NCBI GenBank assembly: GCA_045586485.1
Contig: JAZNAK010000030.1
Span: 9,652 to 73,651 of the forward strand
Source of the DNA: Faecousia sp.
GTDB taxonomy: Bacteria; Bacillota; Clostridia; Oscillospirales; Oscillospiraceae
Direction of reading: 5' to 3'
DNA: 64,000 bases
Position numbers and translations under genes: made by a program
Shown here: in pieces, positions 1-8,797 of the stretch
Position numbering within the stretch: the first letter of the stretch is position 1
How the letters are laid out: each line of letters starts with the position of its first letter
The notes under the pieces: generated by a model
Told to the model about the DNA's origin: nothing
Databases searched by the model: none
What the model saw: only the letters and a program-made list of their open reading frames with translations

Positions 1-131
1 AGCAGGGGAAACACCGACAGCACGATAAAATATCCCGCGCCGGCGGCGTGGATACCGATCTTCTGCCGGGCAAAGTACCGCCAAAGGGCAATTGCTCCTT
101 CTGTAAAGGATCGATTCGTGTTCTTATCCAC
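1..131 (-). CDS. YihY/virulence factor BrkB family membrane protein (5' part; runs off the window edge)
   Basis: Manual translation from GTG at 131 with RBS AAAGGAGG: MDKNTNRSFTEGAIALWRYFARQKIGIHAAGAGYFIVLSVFPL; the AAxxxYFxxLSxFP motif is typical of the YihY N-terminus. Confidence 0.7.
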   Translation of the reverse strand, partial: MDKNTNRSFTEGAIALWRYFARQKIGIHAAGAGYFIVLSVFPL

Positions 132-163
132 CCGGCGGCCTCCTTTCTGCCATGAGATATATA

Positions 164-195
164 CAAAGGCCCACTACGACCATAGTGAGCCTTTG
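164..195. terminator. hairpin downstream of the DAK2 gene
   Basis: CAAAGGCCCACTA-cgacca-TAGTGAGCCTTTG inverted repeat. Confidence 0.6.
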
Positions 196-200
196 TGTCT

Positions 201-1829
201 TTATTCTGCGGAAATGAGATAATAATATACCGGCTGGCCGCCGCAAAGCAGATTAATGTCTGCGTCGGGGCAGATGTCAGCGAAGAGCTTTGCCGCCTTT
301 TGAGCGTGCTTTTCCTGAATGTCTGCGCCGTAGTAAATGGTCACATACTCCTTGCCGCTGTCACGGACCTTCTCAGCCAGCGCCTTCAGCAGGACCTTGA
401 TATCCCGGCTGGTACCGAACAGGGAGCTGCCGAACATGGCCAGGTAGTCGCCTTCCTTGATATCGTGGCCGTCAAAATCGGAGTTGCGGGCGGCGTAGGT
501 GATCTGCATGGTGTCCACCGTTGCCAGAGCTTCGGTCATGGCCTCCGTATTCTCCTCCACGCTGCCGTCGGGGTTGAAGCTCAGCATGGCAGTGACGCCC
601 TGGGGCACAGTCTTGCTGGCAATGACCACGACCTTCTTGGGGGTCAGCGCCTCTACCTGCTGGGCAGCCATGATGATATTCTTGTTGTTGGGCAGAACGA
701 ATACGGTCTCAGCCGGCACTTTGTTTACTGCCTCCAGAATATCCTGGGTGCTGGGATTCATGGTCTGTCCGCCGGAGATAATGCCATCCACACCCAGGTC
801 CTTGAACACCGTTGCAAGGCCCTCGCCGGCACACACGGACACAACGCCCAGCGCCTTTTCCGGCTCAGCGATCTTGGGAGATTTCTCCGCCTCGCTCATC
901 ACCTTTTCCGTGTGCTGCAGGCGCATATTTTCGATCTTCACCGTGACGAAAGAGCCATAGTCAATGGCTTCGTGCAGAGCCTTGCCGGGGTCGTTGGTGT
1001 GGACATGGACCTTAATGATCTCCTCGTCCTCTACCAGAACCAGGCTGTCGCCCAAACTGCTCAGAAACTCACGAAGCTTCTCCGGATCGTTGTGATTTTC
1101 CCGGGAGATGATGAACTCGGTGCAGTAGGTGAAGGTGATATCCTCGGTATCGAAATCAGAGAAGTCTGCCTGTTCGGCGGTCTCCTGTACGCCGCCCTCG
1201 GGGGCAATAATATCCTCGCCCCGCAGCGCGGCCAGCATTGCCTCCAGGGCAACCAGCCAGCCCTTGCCGCCTGCGTCCACCACGCCGGCCTTCTTCAGCA
1301 CGGGGTTCTGGTTGACGGTGTTGGCCAGAGCGATCTTGGCTTCCTCGATAGCGGCCTGATGGACAAACTCGAAGTAGTTGTTTTCCGCGGCAGCTTCCAA
1401 CGCCTTGCCGGCGGCCAGGCGGGCCACAGTCAGGATCGTGCCCTCAGCGGGCTTCATCACTGCCTTGTAGGCGGCGTCCACGCCCTCCTGGAGAGCATTG
1501 GCCCACAGAACACCGTCGCAGACCTCTGCGCCCTTCAGTTTCCGGGAGATGCCCCGCAGCAGCAGGGACAAAATAACACCGGAGTTGCCCCGGGCGCCCC
1601 GGAGCATTGCCTTCGCGGCAATATCCGCAGCCTTCTCCAGGGAGGGATCTTCCGCCTTCCGCAGGTCAGCTGCGGCGGCGTTGATGGTCATAGACATATT
1701 GGTGCCAGTATCGCCGTCCGGCACGGGGAACACATTCAGCTCATTGAGCTTCTGTTTATTGATCTCTATAGAGGCGGCCGCACTGATCATCAGTCTGCGA
1801 AAGTCGGCGCCTGTAATTGTCTGCCTCAA
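201..1829 (-). CDS. fakA: DAK2-domain fatty acid kinase subunit A (YloV/FakA)
   Basis: LNVFPVPDGDTGTNM, GARGNSGVILS, EGTILTV and DAGG motifs; follows the Asp23 gene as in yloU-yloV. Confidence 0.92.
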   Translation of the reverse strand: MRQTITGADFRRLMISAAASIEINKQKLNELNVFPVPDGDTGTNMSMTINAAAADLRKAEDPSLEKAADIAAKAMLRGARGNSGVILSLLLRGISRKLKGAEVCDGVLWANALQEGVDAAYKAVMKPAEGTILTVARLAAGKALEAAAENNYFEFVHQAAIEEAKIALANTVNQNPVLKKAGVVDAGGKGWLVALEAMLAALRGEDIIAPEGGVQETAEQADFSDFDTEDITFTYCTEFIISRENHNDPEKLREFLSSLGDSLVLVEDEEIIKVHVHTNDPGKALHEAIDYGSFVTVKIENMRLQHTEKVMSEAEKSPKIAEPEKALGVVSVCAGEGLATVFKDLGVDGIISGGQTMNPSTQDILEAVNKVPAETVFVLPNNKNIIMAAQQVEALTPKKVVVIASKTVPQGVTAMLSFNPDGSVEENTEAMTEALATVDTMQITYAARNSDFDGHDIKEGDYLAMFGSSLFGTSRDIKVLLKALAEKVRDSGKEYVTIYYGADIQEKHAQKAAKLFADICPDADINLLCGGQPVYYYLISAE

Positions 1830-1848
1830 TGGTACTTACCTCCGTAGT

Positions 1849-2202
1849 TTATCCAATGGTAATGGAATCGATATAGACATTCACCGCGCGGACTTCAGTG
1901 CCGGTGCACTTGGTGACCATATAGCGCACTTCTTCAATAATGGCGTTGCCAACGGCGGTCAGATTCACACCGTCGCCAACCATAACATGCAGATCGATGG
2001 AAATCGTGTCGTCCTCGTGGAACTCTATCTTGACGCCCTTGCCCATGGATTCTTTCCGCAGAAGGTGGTACACACCGTCGGATACGGAACGGGCAACCAT
2101 ACCCTTGACGCTCATGCAGTTGATCGCGGCAGTTCCGGCTATATCTGTGTATACGCCGGTGCTGACCACCACAGAACCGCTTTCATTGTCGTGTCGAATC
2201 AT
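1849..2202 (-). CDS. Asp23/Gls24 family protein (YloU-like)
   Basis: 117 aa with IAG.AA..C..V.GM and IDLHV motifs; immediately upstream of the DAK2 gene. Confidence 0.88.
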   Translation of the reverse strand: MIRHDNESGSVVVSTGVYTDIAGTAAINCMSVKGMVARSVSDGVYHLLRKESMGKGVKIEFHEDDTISIDLHVMVGDGVNLTAVGNAIIEEVRYMVTKCTGTEVRAVNVYIDSITIG

Positions 2203-2266
2203 AAATTACCTCCTAATTCAAAACAAAAGGTGGATCTTCCCGGGAGCAAACCCCCGATCGGTCTGT

Positions 2267-3829
2267 TCAGACCATGCTCTCCTCCCAGCAATCGGGAGCA
2301 GTCAGGCCCATCATCTTCACCAGGGTGGGCGCCACGTTGGCAAGGCCGTAAGCGCCGTCTTTGATGTGCCAAACAGTGTCCTTATCGTAAATAATGAAGG
2401 GAACGGGGTTCAACGAGTGGGCAGTTCTCACGGAAGTCTTGCCCTTCTTGGTCTCGGTCATCTGATCGGCGTTGCCGTGGTCGGCAGTGATCAGTACGGT
2501 GTAGCCATAGCGGTCGGCCGCCTCCAGAATGGCCTTCAGACCATTGTCCACACACTCCATTGCGTAGACCACAGCTTCCATCACGCCGGTGTGACCAACC
2601 ATATCGCCATTGGGGAAATTGCAGCGCAGGAACTGGAAAGCGCCGGAGGCCATCGCCTCCACCATCTTCTCGGTGATCTCCTTGCTCTTCATGGCAGGGG
2701 CCTGCTCGAAGGGGATCACAACGGAGGGGATCTCCTCATAGACCTCCAGGTCTTCGCAAACCTTGCCGGAGCGGTTGCCGTTCCAGAAATAGGTGACATG
2801 GCCGTACTTCTGGGTCTCGGAGACCGCATACTCGTGAATGCCGGCCTGGCAGAGGACCTCCGTCAGCGTGTTCTGGATGACGGGAGGCTGCACCAGATAG
2901 TTTTCGGGAATGTTCAGATCGCCGTCGTACTGGAGCATACCGGCAAACTTCACGCCGGTGTAGCCGGGACGGTCAAACTTGTCAAAGTCCTTCCGGTCGA
3001 AGGCCAGGGAGATCTCCTGGGCGCGGTCGCCACGGAAGTTAAAGAGGATCACAGAGTCGCCGTTTGCGATTCTGGCAACGGGTTCGCCGTTTCTTGCCAC
3101 CACGAAGGCGGGCAGATCCTGGTCGATCACACCGGTCTCGGCCCGGTAGGTCTCAATGGCCTCGGCGGCGCTGGCAAACTGACGGCCAATGCCCTGCACA
3201 TGGGTGCGCCAGCCGTTTTCCACCATTGCCCAGTTGGCCTCGTACCGGTCCATGGTCACCTGCATACGGCCGCCGCCGGAAGCGATGGCATAGTCACAGC
3301 CGTCGGTATTCAGCTCCCGCAGCACATCCTCCAGCATCTGCACATACTCCAGCGCAGAGGTGGCAGGCACATCACGGCCGTCCAGCAGAATGTGGCAGTA
3401 GGCCTTCTTAACACCGGCGGCGTGGGCAGCCTTCAGCAGGGAGATCAGGTGATGGATATTGGAGTGGACATTGCCGTCGGACAGCAGGCCCATAAAGTGC
3501 ATCGCGTGGCCGGCCTTGGCGTTCTCCACCAGGTCGATCCAGGTGTTGGAAGCGAAGAGTTTGCCGTTTTCGATGGACTCGCCCACCAGTTTTGCGCCCT
3601 GGGAATAGACCTGGCCGCAGCCGAGAGCATTGTGGCCAACCTCGGAATTGCCCATATCCTCGTCAGAGGGCAGGCCGACAGCAGTGCCGTGGGCCTTCAG
3701 GTAAGTATGGGGGCAGGTGGCCAGCAGGGAGTCGAGAGTGGGGGTGTTGGCAACCGCAACAGCATCACCGCTGCCGCCGTCGCCCTTGCCTACGCCATCC
3801 ATAATGACTAAAACGATGGGTTTATCCAT
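2267..3829 (-). CDS. gpmI: 2,3-bisphosphoglycerate-independent phosphoglycerate mutase
   Basis: MGNSEVGH active-site serine motif, DGNVHS, NFRGDR, DMVGHTG, ADHGNA, TAHS. Confidence 0.96.
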   Translation of the reverse strand: MDKPIVLVIMDGVGKGDGGSGDAVAVANTPTLDSLLATCPHTYLKAHGTAVGLPSDEDMGNSEVGHNALGCGQVYSQGAKLVGESIENGKLFASNTWIDLVENAKAGHAMHFMGLLSDGNVHSNIHHLISLLKAAHAAGVKKAYCHILLDGRDVPATSALEYVQMLEDVLRELNTDGCDYAIASGGGRMQVTMDRYEANWAMVENGWRTHVQGIGRQFASAAEAIETYRAETGVIDQDLPAFVVARNGEPVARIANGDSVILFNFRGDRAQEISLAFDRKDFDKFDRPGYTGVKFAGMLQYDGDLNIPENYLVQPPVIQNTLTEVLCQAGIHEYAVSETQKYGHVTYFWNGNRSGKVCEDLEVYEEIPSVVIPFEQAPAMKSKEITEKMVEAMASGAFQFLRCNFPNGDMVGHTGVMEAVVYAMECVDNGLKAILEAADRYGYTVLITADHGNADQMTETKKGKTSVRTAHSLNPVPFIIYDKDTVWHIKDGAYGLANVAPTLVKMMGLTAPDCWEESMV

Positions 3830-4008
3830 AAAAAGAATCCTCCAGAATCTATATGTGCATAATTACGCATTGTATCGTTCGTACTATTTTACATCATTTT
3901 TGTCAAACTTACAACCCGTTTTTGAAAAATTACCGCTTTCTACGAAAAATACCCCCTTAAGGGGGGCAAAATTATTGATTATTCAAAGAAATCCCCGCTG
4001 GGATATTC

Positions 4009-4037
4009 TTGACGGGGTATTAAAAATATGCTACTAT
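4009..4037 (+). promoter_or_regulatory. sigmaA promoter upstream of the tRNA-Leu locus
   Basis: TTGACG-17 bp-TACTAT with extended -10 TG. Confidence 0.75.
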
Positions 4038-4047
4038 AACGGCACGC

Positions 4048-4087
4048 CCGTTGTGGTGGCCGCGAGATAGCGCGCTGCCGGTAGCAG
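4048..4087 (+). repeat. partial tRNA-Leu 5' copy plus truncated structured element
   Basis: CCGTTGTGGTGG (tRNA 5' end) followed by CCGCGAG..GCGCGCTGCCGG, repeated at 4111-4144. Confidence 0.7.
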
Positions 4088-4109
4088 TGTATCGTTAATT
4101 TAATAACAT

Positions 4110-4247
4110 GCCGTTGTGGTGGCCGCGAGCCTGCGCGCTGCCGGGGGCAGATGCAGCGCAGGCGCAGCGTGTGCCGGGGTCGATAGGCGACGAAGGCGTT
4201 CCCGCTGAGGAGAATATCGGGCACCCCAAACGGGATTGGCAGACGCC
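4110..4247 (+). repeat. tRNA-Leu 5'-half copy interrupted by ~110-bp structured element E1
   Basis: GCCGTTGTGGTGG [E1 ~4123-4234] ATTGGCAGACGC (D-arm-like); E1 is homologous to E2 at ~4445-4556. Confidence 0.65.
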
Positions 4248-4282
4248 GGCAACAGACCGTAAAATGATCAATTAAATAACAC

Positions 4283-4369
4283 GCCGTTGTGGTGGAATAG
4301 GTAGACACAAGGGACTTAAAATCCCTCGGGGTAAAACCCGTACCGGTTCGATTCCGGTCAGCGGCACCA
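4283..4369 (+). tRNA. tRNA-Leu (anticodon TAA)
   Basis: GCCGTTG acceptor stem, AGGGA-CTTAAAA-TCCCT anticodon arm, long variable arm CGGG-GTAAAA-CCCG, GGTTCGATTCC T-loop, encoded CCA. Confidence 0.97.
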
Positions 4370-4624
4370 AGAAGAGGGATACCCCTACTGGGGTATCCCT
4401 CTTCTTAATGGCGCAGGAATCGCACCGGGGGGTGAGATTCCGGGGAGCGACCCGAGCGCCGCCAGAGGCGGATGCAGCGAGGGGAGCGAGTGGCCGCGGT
4501 CGAAAAAATCGAGGAAAAGCGTAAGCCCGATGATTTTTTCGGGCACCGCAACAGGACAGCGGCACCAAGAAGAGGGATACCCCTACTGGGGCATCCCTCT
4601 TCTTAATGGCGCAGGAATCGCACC
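4359..4624 (+). repeat. 68-bp direct repeat (tRNA 3' end + terminator hairpin) flanking structured element E2
   Basis: 4359-4426 and 4557-4624 are identical except for one base; both contain the AAGAAGAGGGATAC...ATCCCTCTTCTT hairpin. Confidence 0.9.
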
Positions 4625-4787
4625 TGTCTCAATGGAGCTTTCCGGGCAGCGGTATTTTATTTTTTGTTGCTTTTCGTCGGTGGGTTTGGTACAATAACCC
4701 CAAACTCCCCAGGGACAGCAACCCACCCGCATGGTAAATAATTCTTTTTGCCAACAGGCGAGGAACAAGAAAGAGAGGATGTCCCCT

Positions 4788-6074
4788 ATGAAGTTGCGTC
4801 TGACAAAGCTGGAGAAAAGCTGGATCATGTACGACATCGCCAATTCGGCGTTCATCCTGCTGGTCTCCACCCTGCTTCCCATTTATTTTGACTATTTGGC
4901 CGCATCGGCCAACTTAAGCCAGTCCGACTACCTGGCCTACTGGGGGTATGCCGGCTCGGTAGCCACCATCCTGGTGGCGGTGATCGGCCCCATCTGCGGC
5001 ACGCTGGCCGACCAGCGGGGCTTCAAAAAGCCTCTGTTTATACTGAGTATGGCGCTGGGCGTGGCCGGCTGTGCGGCCCTTGGCTTTGCCTGGGGCTGGC
5101 TGAGCTTCCTCGTCATCTTCGTGGTGGCGAAGGTCGGCTACTCCTCCAGCCTGGTGTTTTATGATTCCATGCTCCCGGAAATCACCACTCACAAGGAAAT
5201 GGACCGGGTGTCCACCCTGGGATACGCGCTGGGCTACATCGGCTCTGTGATTCCCTTCGCCATCTGCCTTGTGGTGGTGCTGGGATACGAAGCCTTCGGC
5301 ATTGATCAAATCACCGCGCTGATTTTGTCCTTTCTGATCACCGCTGTTTGGTGGCTGGTGTGCAGCCTGCCCCTGCTGAAGCGGTACCGTCAGAGCGCCT
5401 ATCAGGAGCCTGCGGGCAATCCCATTGCCGCTACCTTCCGCCAGTTGGGCAGCTCCTTTAAGGAGGCAAAGAAGCACAAGCACATTTTCGTGTATCTGCT
5501 GGCCTTTTTCTTCTTCATTGACGGTGTGTACACCATTATCGACATGGCCACCGCCTACGGCAAGGCCTTGGGGCTGGACACCACGGGCCTGCTGCTGGCA
5601 TTGCTGGTGACGCAGATCGTGGCCTTCCCCTGTTCCATCCTTTTCGGCCGGTTTTCCGCCAAGTACGACACCGGCGTGCTGCTGAAGATCTGCATCCTTT
5701 GCTACACCGGCATCGCATTGTTTGCTGTCTTCCTGGCTGTCCAGTGGCAATTTTGGATGCTGGCCGTGCTGGTTGGCATGTTCCAGGGCGGCATTCAGGC
5801 TCTCAGCCGTTCCTATCTGGGCAAGATCATTCCCCCGGAGCGCAGCGGCGAGTACTACGGTCTGATGGACATCTGTGGTAAGGGCGCTTCCTTTGTAGGC
5901 ACGACTCTCATCGCAGTGGTCAGTCAGCTGACCGAAGGCATGCACTTTACCGTTTTCGGTCTGCCAGTGGCCAACACCGGCGTGGCAGTGGGCTCTATTG
6001 CCGCGCTGTTTGTGGTCGGCTTTGTGTTGTTCTGCTGGGCAGACAAACTGAACAAAGCCCGCGTTCCCGTATAA
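4788..6074 (+). CDS. MFS transporter (UMF1/ATG22-like family)
   Basis: SWIMYDIANSAF N-terminal motif, ~12 hydrophobic segments, QALSRSY; start chosen by AGAGG RBS. Confidence 0.88.
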   Translation: MKLRLTKLEKSWIMYDIANSAFILLVSTLLPIYFDYLAASANLSQSDYLAYWGYAGSVATILVAVIGPICGTLADQRGFKKPLFILSMALGVAGCAALGFAWGWLSFLVIFVVAKVGYSSSLVFYDSMLPEITTHKEMDRVSTLGYALGYIGSVIPFAICLVVVLGYEAFGIDQITALILSFLITAVWWLVCSLPLLKRYRQSAYQEPAGNPIAATFRQLGSSFKEAKKHKHIFVYLLAFFFFIDGVYTIIDMATAYGKALGLDTTGLLLALLVTQIVAFPCSILFGRFSAKYDTGVLLKICILCYTGIALFAVFLAVQWQFWMLAVLVGMFQGGIQALSRSYLGKIIPPERSGEYYGLMDICGKGASFVGTTLIAVVSQLTEGMHFTVFGLPVANTGVAVGSIAALFVVGFVLFCWADKLNKARVPV

Positions 6075-6076
6075 CA

Positions 6077-6104
6077 AAAACCCCGCCTGACGGCGGGGTT
6101 TTTT
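6077..6104. terminator. bidirectional intrinsic terminator
   Basis: AAAACCCCGCC-tgac-GGCGGGGTTTTT between convergent genes. Confidence 0.8.
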
Positions 6105-6753
6105 ATATGATTTCTTTCAGGCAGCGCAGCAGGTCTTCCGGCTTTTCGCAAAAATGGTCAGCGCCGCTTTCCTGTAGGCAGGCTTTATCCCGGAATCCCC
6201 ACAAAACGCTCAAGCAGGGAACGCCGGTGTTTCGGGCGGTGATCACATCCACATCGCTGTCACCCACATACACGCACCGGTCCACGCCGATGGCGGCCAT
6301 GGCCCGCAGGAGCATATCGGGAGCGGGCTTTTTCGGGCAGTCGTCCCGCTGACCAAGGGCGTAGATCCCGTCGCCAAAATAGGTCTTGCACAGGGGTTTG
6401 GTGTCCTTGTCCGGCTTGTTGGAGACCACCGCCACCGGATACTCCCGGCAGATCTCAGCCAGGGCCGGCAGGATGCCTTCATAGGGGCATGTCTTAATCT
6501 GGGCGTGGTCGGCATAATAGGCAAGGTAGGTTGCCAGCGCTTCATCCACGGATGGATCATTTTCTCCGCCGGGCAGGGAAAGACGCACCAGCTGCCGCGC
6601 CCCGTTGCCCACAAAGGCTCGTACCTCCTCCATAGTTCTCTCCGGCAAGCCGTAGAAGCGGAGGGTATAGTTCACCGCGTCAGTCAGATCGTCCAGGGTG
6701 TTCAGCAGCGTGCCGTCCAAATCAAAGAGGATTCCGGTCTTCATGGCCTTCAC
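6103..6753 (-). CDS. HAD-family phosphatase (phosphoglycolate phosphatase-like)
   Basis: FDLDGTL, VSNK, KKPAP and VGDSDVD motifs. Confidence 0.9.
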   Translation of the reverse strand: MKAMKTGILFDLDGTLLNTLDDLTDAVNYTLRFYGLPERTMEEVRAFVGNGARQLVRLSLPGGENDPSVDEALATYLAYYADHAQIKTCPYEGILPALAEICREYPVAVVSNKPDKDTKPLCKTYFGDGIYALGQRDDCPKKPAPDMLLRAMAAIGVDRCVYVGDSDVDVITARNTGVPCLSVLWGFRDKACLQESGADHFCEKPEDLLRCLKEII

Positions 6754-7727
6754 CTGTTCTTTCTCACGCGGATGTCCTCGCCCACGAAGGGGAGCAGCTG
6801 GAAGCTGCCCTCAAGGCGGGAGGCAATCTGGGGGGAGTAGCGCTTTCTGATCTCATCAATATTCAGATTGGTGGAGACGATCATCGGCTTACCTCTGAGC
6901 AGCCGGTCATTGACCAAAGAGTACAGAGCGGAAACCGTGAAGCTGCCGGTCATTTCCGTACCCAAATCGTCCACAATCAGCAAGTCGCAGTCATTCAGCT
7001 TGGCAACCGCTGCGGCGCTCTCATCATCCGGGTGGAAATGGTTCTTTTCCAGCTTATTGAACAGCTGCTGGGCGCTCTCATAGGCCACAGAATAACCCTT
7101 TTCCGCCACCTCCCGGGCAATACAGGCAGACAGGAATGTCTTGCCCAAGCCTGTGCCGCCGTTGAACAACAGATTGCCGGCATTGGGGGCAAAGGAAGAT
7201 GCGTACTTCTTGCAGATATCCAGAATCCGGGTCATAATGGCCCGGGGACTTGCGCCATATTTGGGATCGAGCTGCTCGGGGTAGTATTCCAGCTTAAAGT
7301 CGCTGAAACTATTCTTGCCTGCGGACAGGAGGGACAGTTCTTTCATCTGCTCCTGCCGGCACAGCTCAAACAGGCAGGAACACATGGCGCTTCCTATGTA
7401 GCCGGTGCCGCCGCACTTGGGGCACACGGGGCCTTCGTCCAAATACTCTGCCGGGAATGCGGCGGCGATCAAAGCCTTCCGCTCGGATTGCAGGGCAAGG
7501 TTGGCCTGCTTCACCTGCTGCAAGGCCTCTGCTGCGTCCGCTCCCTTCAAAAAAGCCGCCTGGGCAGCCAGGACCATGGAGCTGCGCAGCTCCCGGTCAA
7601 TCTCTTTCACCCGGGGGAGCGCCGTATATACTTCCTGCAGGCGGGCCTGCTTCCGGGATTCGTGGTCAGCCTTCCGGCTCTCCAGCTGCTGCCGGGCCCG
7701 GCGTATGACATCGCTACTATATGCCAT
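6750..7727 (-). CDS. DnaC/IstB-like ATP-binding replication protein with Zn-binding N-region
   Basis: CPKCGGTGY..CSC, Walker A GGTGLGKT, LLIVDDLGTE, STNL. Confidence 0.88.
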   Translation of the reverse strand: MAYSSDVIRRARQQLESRKADHESRKQARLQEVYTALPRVKEIDRELRSSMVLAAQAAFLKGADAAEALQQVKQANLALQSERKALIAAAFPAEYLDEGPVCPKCGGTGYIGSAMCSCLFELCRQEQMKELSLLSAGKNSFSDFKLEYYPEQLDPKYGASPRAIMTRILDICKKYASSFAPNAGNLLFNGGTGLGKTFLSACIAREVAEKGYSVAYESAQQLFNKLEKNHFHPDDESAAAVAKLNDCDLLIVDDLGTEMTGSFTVSALYSLVNDRLLRGKPMIVSTNLNIDEIRKRYSPQIASRLEGSFQLLPFVGEDIRVRKNR

Positions 7728-7730
7728 CGG

Positions 7731-8609
7731 TCAATCCTCCTGTAAAACTCTTTGGAACGCGGACAGTTCCGCCTGACCCAGTTCGCCGGACGCGCCCTCA
7801 GGCATGGGTTTTCTGTCCCTGGACTTCACTTGCTCCAAGGTAAAGAGTCCGGCCTCCTGCCAACGGGTCAAAATCTTGTTCATATAGGCCCAGCTCAGGC
7901 CCCCTGTATTCAGGCAGGTGCGCTCATAGGCCAAGGCCAGCACCGCCTCGTCAAACCCCATTTCCAACCAGCTTCTGGCATACTTTTCCTCGCCGGGGGT
8001 CAGGGTCCTGCCCCGGATCTGCAGCAGATCCAGAAGCTTCGACAGCTGGCTGCGGCGCATATTCTGATTCTGGATAAAGGCCACGGCCTCCTCCATAGAA
8101 TCGATACCCTGCTCCGCCCAGTAATAGGCCTCTTTTTCGATGGTGCGCAGGCTGGGATTGCGGAGATTGCCCTTGGCTCTGGCGCGCTCCTTGCAGTAGC
8201 ACACCAGGAGGCTGATCACATCTCCGGGAAGACCCAAATAGCGGGTGAAACCCAACAGGATCTTCAGCTCCTCGGTGTTCAGAGTCCTGCCGAGCACCCT
8301 CTGCACCTCGGAATACAGAGCCTGGAAGCTGCGATCAGAGTCCATAGCGCCCAGCACATCCCGCTCGGAATACTGGGGCCGCTCGCCGGAGAAAACAGGC
8401 GCTTTCCGCTCCTGCGGCCAAAGGCCCAGCTGGCGCAGTGTGGCCGATGCGCAGGAGAGTCTGCTCTGGGACAGCTGCAGCTCCTGCCCGGCCTGGGCAA
8501 AGTCGTTGCCGGCGGTGATGTACAGGTACAGCAGCGCCGCGTCGGGATTCTTTGCGCAGAGCAGCTTATGGACATTGGCCTTATTCAGTTGCAGTTCGGT
8601 AGCGTTCAT
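7731..8609 (-). CDS. DnaD-domain replication protein
   Basis: two DnaD-like repeats (IEKEAYYWAEQGI; YMNKILTRWQEAG); paired with the DnaC-like gene. Confidence 0.85.
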   Translation of the reverse strand: MNATELQLNKANVHKLLCAKNPDAALLYLYITAGNDFAQAGQELQLSQSRLSCASATLRQLGLWPQERKAPVFSGERPQYSERDVLGAMDSDRSFQALYSEVQRVLGRTLNTEELKILLGFTRYLGLPGDVISLLVCYCKERARAKGNLRNPSLRTIEKEAYYWAEQGIDSMEEAVAFIQNQNMRRSQLSKLLDLLQIRGRTLTPGEEKYARSWLEMGFDEAVLALAYERTCLNTGGLSWAYMNKILTRWQEAGLFTLEQVKSRDRKPMPEGASGELGQAELSAFQRVLQED

Positions 8610-8797
8610 AGGCTGCTCCTTTCAAAATGTCAATTATAGTCATTATAACACGGGTTTTCTGCGGACACAACGACTGCAAAAGAAAGTTTTTTGAGAAAAA
8701 ACAGGGCATTTTTTGGCGCATTACAAGATATTGTGGAGGTCTGTTTCCCACCCCACAAGAAACGGACGCATTCTGCAAAAGAATGCGTCCGCTGCCA

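Noticed and set aside
195-3811. Long plus-strand ORFs (550, 288, 623 aa) and similar antisense ORFs throughout (e.g. 31832-34012, 42617-44512, 46045-48078, 58630-60165)
   Set aside because: They are shadows of well-supported genes on the opposite strand, caused by GC-rich codon bias, and carry no recognisable motifs.
4040-4624. Possible CRISPR array or prophage attL/attR at the tRNA
   Set aside because: There is no regular repeat-spacer period, no cas genes and no integrase; the insert between the 3' duplicates is only ~130 bp.
6750-8609. DnaD + DnaC pair as a prophage replication module or IS21 istB
   Set aside because: No phage or istA genes nearby and host-like composition; this pair is a common chromosomal feature in Clostridia.
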